NCBI GenBank assembly: GCA_009602735.1
Contig: WELA01001245.1
Coordinates: forward strand, 1 to 50,540
Source: Mesotaenium endlicherianum
Taxonomy: Eukaryota
DNA: 50,540 nucleotides
Reading direction: 5' to 3'
Below are positions 46,678 through 50,540 of this stretch, in pieces; positions within the stretch are counted from its first letter, which is position 1, and the number at the start of each line of letters is the position of its first letter. Below the pieces are notes generated by a model. It had not been told where the DNA came from and searched no databases. It saw only the letters and a list, made by a program, of their open reading frames with translations. The translations under genes and the position numbers were made by a program.

Positions 46678-49600
46678 TCACTCTGCCGCGTAAGACTCTC
46701 GAGAGGGAAGCGCAGCAGCAACGGCGGCAGCCGCAGCGGCAGCGGCAGCGGCTGCAGCGGCTGCAGCGCCAGCGGGGAGAAGCTCGGCGATGGGGGCGTT
46801 GCAGAAGAAGCAGCGCTGGTGATTCAGCAGGTGGCGCGACACGCAGCGCCGGCACGAGCGGTGCTTGCACGGTGCAAACTCCGTGTCGATTGCACACGCG
46901 TAGCAGATGCTGCACATCTCCTGCCCCCCCTCCTCGTCGTCCTCGTCCGCCTCCGCAGCTCCCTCGGCTCCCTTGCCACCTGCACATACGGCATCGCGCT
47001 GGGGGTCACGTCAGGCAGGCAGGCATGCACACACGTCGCACTTGATACAGGTGATATTCACAGAGCAAGGGTCCAGGGGCATGCTTCCTCTCTGCTGCCC
47101 AGGCGCGTAGCCGCAGTTGCCTTCTGTGCCTCGAGTGCGCCCGATCTGCACTGCTTTGAAGTGTGCCCTCAGACTACTTCCTCTTCTGACTCATTCTGCG
47201 TCTCCCTGTCATTCCGTATGCGGCCAACAACACCCACAACTGCGCTGACGTAGAGGGCAGGGGGGGGTACGCCCACAATACTTCTCCCTTGAGTAAGCCT
47301 GGGCCCTTGCCTCGTCCTCCTCTGCGCGGCATGTGCCAGAGCCCCCCGTCCCAAGTCCCACGCCGTCTGCGACGGCGCTTCCGCCGCTCTGAATGGCTAC
47401 AGCCATGGCTGACTACTACTTTTTATAGGACTCAGGCGAGAAGCCTTCGATGGCGCAGCAAGAAATCTCCCTCCTCTTCCATCCCGTCACCCATCAGGAA
47501 GCATCAACTGAGTCCCGAGCACGCACCCCATCCAGCAGGCGAGGAACACGCAGAGAGCGTCTGAACGCGGCGCAGGGGTCAACTCCACGGGATGAGAGGG
47601 GGAGGGGGGCGGGGCGGGGGCGGGGGCGGGACAGCTAGCGGGCTCACCTGGCGAGCTCTGGCTGGCCACCGCGCGCCTGGCTGTCGCCTCCGCGTCCTGC
47701 GCTCGCGCCACCTCGGCCTTGAGGCGCGTCACAAACTGCTTCAGGAGCGGCAGGCGCTGCAGCGAGGCGTCCCCTCGGAACACCTCCGTCTGGCACCCGC
47801 AGCCAGCCACTCCCCACGGCGCCCAAACATCTGAGCCAAGTCCTAAGCAACGTCCTACACCAAGTCTTACACAACGCAAAAGTCCTACGCAAGTCCTACA
47901 CAAAGTCCTACACAAAGTCCTACGCAAAGTCCCACGCAGAGTCCTACACACGTGTCTCCACAAAGGCCTCCGGAAAGGCCTACGCAGATTTTTTGCTCAC
48001 GGTCCCATGCAAAGTGTCGTGCACAAAGATCTCAAGCCAAGTCTCAAGCCATCGTCATCCACTGGAAGCCCACAAAATCCCCCGCGTGCACAGAACTGCC
48101 GGAATGCCCCGCCCACTTCCATTGCCAGACTCGTAAACTCGCACACTCGCAAGCGTACAGACTCACACACACACACACACACAGCTCACAGCCTCACGAG
48201 GTTGCACAACTTGCAGCCCCCCGCGAGCGATGGGTGCGTGCGGGGACAAGCAGCCGACCTTTCAGCCCAGCCCAGCCCGGCCCAGTCCGGCCCTTGAGGG
48301 GGAAACAGCACGCGGGAGCAGGCACGGTGCGCCAGCTGGACAGGCCGAACCTGCTGACTTGCCAGAACGCATCGAGAGCGCGCGACCTGGAGCATATCCG
48401 TATGCGCCCCTGCCTGGTTAGACCGAGCTAGCCAAAGCGCACGCCGGAGCCCGTTGCAGCAGCAGCAGACGTAAAAGAGGAGGAAAGGACAGGGGGCTGG
48501 CACCCCCGAGCCCCAAACATCAGACCCCAGACCCTAATTCCAAATTCCTGATGCCTGCGCTGCTCTCCAGCCGCAGACGACGCCGCCACAGAGCGGCAAT
48601 CGTAAGAGCCACACATCCCACCTCCCATCCCGTCCCGTCCAAAGATTAACACCGCGCAAGAGCCCCTACCCTTACATTTCGTGCTGGCGCCGCGCAAGGA
48701 GAGAGAGCCACAAGCCACAAGTCGTCAAGAACAAGCCTCGCCCCACTTCGGACTCCCCGAGCCTTGTCCCCCCAGGCCCCCCCAACTCAAACACCCCCAT
48801 GACCCAGCACCCGCAACCCTCATCCTATCCCGATGACTGAACCGGCAGAGCACAACCCGCAACCCGCAACCCGCAACCCGGAACCGGCAACCGCCAACCC
48901 TAAGCAGGCGGGACAGGCGGGGCAGGACGGGCGGCGGCAGTGGCGCACCCAGTTGAAGTTGACGAGGAAGTTGAAGCTGGCCAGGCACGCGGGCGACGAG
49001 TCCACGCGCGCCATGGCCCGCGCAAACTCGTCCGGCAGCGAGGCCGCCCCTCCCTCGTCGGCGCCGCCACTCACGCCGCTCCCACCGCCGTTGCTGCCGC
49101 CGGCGTCGCCGCTGTTGTGGCTGCCGCTGCCCCCTGCCCCCTCGGCCTCGACCTCCACCTCCGCCTCCTGCTCCTCCGTGCCAGCTGTCAGGTTGATGAT
49201 GATGCCCACGAGCGGCGCCAGGATCTGCGCGCGGTTCACCTTTTCCAGCGGCTGTGCGTGCACGCGAGAGACTCTGCTCCCTCTCTCTCCCCGCCCGCCC
49301 GCCCGCCCCCATTCGCAGGACTTGACGACAGTTAGCGAAGTGCCCTACAGCTCGTGGAGGGAAAGGGGGTGACCTTCTGCAGCAGCTGACGCCGTGCGCG
49401 CGCGCATCGGCCAACAGATGGAGGGCAGAGAAGAGCGCGTAAGGTGGGCGCAGCACAGAAGTGCACAGTGGCATCTCCTGGCATCTGGCAAACACGGCCC
49501 TTTGGCAAACGCTTCGGGCTTCCGGAAGGTTCCTACTGCGCTAAGGCAAGCGCTGACTGTACAGTGACATATGCTTATACATGAAATGATAAAAATTTAT

Positions 49601-50118
49601 ATGTGGATATGTACATATATGCGTTGCCTCATGCGGGACCAGTTTCTGATTATTTCGAGGCAACATGGTCAGGCAGCCTCTTCCCTCTTCCCTCTTCGCA
49701 CGACAGGACTCTGAAGAGCGAGCAGGAGGGCCAGGCTGGGAATTGAGGGCAGCGATAGCAGCAGCAGCAGCAGCAATAGCATCACCACAACCACCAGCAG
49801 CAGCGGCGGCGGCGGCGGCAGCAGGAGCGGCAGGGCAGGGAGGACATGCCACCTGTCGAAGATGCGCGCGTCGGGGCCGGCCGTGGTGTGGTTGAGCACA
49901 AAGTGCAGGAGCTCGCAGAGGCGCATCAGGTTCATCTCCTCCGCCGCCGCCGCCGCCTCCGCGCGCGCTCCGTCTCCGGCTCCGGCTCCAGCTCCAGGGC
50001 CATGGCGGCGGTGCAGGAAGGCGTGCGGCAAGCGCAGCGAGAAGAACTCGAGGATGCGCTCCAGGTTGCACGACAGCTCAAACATGATGCCGCACTTGCG
50101 CTGCTGCAGCTCCGCCAC
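46678..50118 (-). CDS. RKP: Second copy of the RKP/KPC1-like 3' exons (49853-50118, 48949-49273, 47648-47789, 46678-46979); upstream exons lie beyond the window
   Basis: Identical translation to 40964-44404, offset by 5714. Confidence 0.85.
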
Positions 50119-50540
50119 CTGGCGCCGCGCCGCAGCGTCGTGCCACGAGGGCAGGGGACGGGGCGGGGGAGGAGGGGTCAAGGGGGAGGGAAGGAGGGGG
50201 CTTTGCAGCCCTTATGCTGCTGCGGCTGATCTCGTGGGATGGAAGGGAGAGGCTGCCAGCATTAGTTGTGTACAGAAAAGGAGGGTCTGACGTCAATTCA
50301 GGAGAGGGCCAGGGCCAGGGGGGCTAGGATGTACGTGCCGCTGGCATCTGCACGGGTCCTGTTATGTGCGCGTGCGTCTCTACGTGTGCGTACGCACGTG
50401 CATGCGTGCATGTGTATGTGCGCGTGTGCGCATGCGCATGTCGTGTCTGGGCCCGAGAGAGGGAAGGGGAGGGCAGGGGGGGGCTTGAGCGCCATCGGCG
50501 CATGGCTGGCTGGCTGGCTGCATGCATGCATGGCGGGGGG

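Larger units (their letters stand above)
39114..50540. repeat. Tandem duplication, period 5714 bp (39114-44826 / 44828-50540), joined by a single N
   Basis: All ORFs recur with identical translations at +5714. N at 44827. Confidence 0.95.

Noticed and set aside
39114..50540. Tandem duplication of the RKP-like gene 3' end as a biological event
   Set aside because: The copies appear identical even in introns and microsatellites and are joined by a single N after a G-run, which is typical of an unmerged contig overlap. Read depth or long reads would settle it.

Overview
Eukaryotic nuclear DNA. It is most likely a streptophyte green alga or early land plant, inferred from a plant-type tRNA-Arg and an RKP-like gene with GC-rich introns. 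Bases 1-35.4k are a dense nest of decayed Ty3/Gypsy LTR retrotransposons from at least four families. Family A is a chromovirus with ~720-745-bp LTRs, a 5-bp TSD and an extra ~560-aa ORF after pol. Family B is represented by one LTR plus a gag stub, and family D by two solo LTRs with 5-bp TSDs. Family C has TGTC...GACA ends and 4-bp TSDs. The standout is the family C element at 2503-12330. It encodes Gag, a C5 DNA methyltransferase in frame with RT-RNaseH, a DDE integrase and a PHD finger. Its terminal repeats are arranged as split direct repeats (A1-ORFs-PPT-B1-ac-A2-B2), the layout known from tyrosine-recombinase retroelements, although it encodes no recombinase. Next come a 4 x 160-bp tandem repeat, tRNA-Arg(ACG) and a 90-N gap. 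The window ends with the last four exons of an RKP/KPC1(RNF123)-like RING E3 ligase gene on the minus strand, present twice in an apparently exact 5714-bp duplication that is probably an assembly artefact. All calls are by eye; no searches were run.
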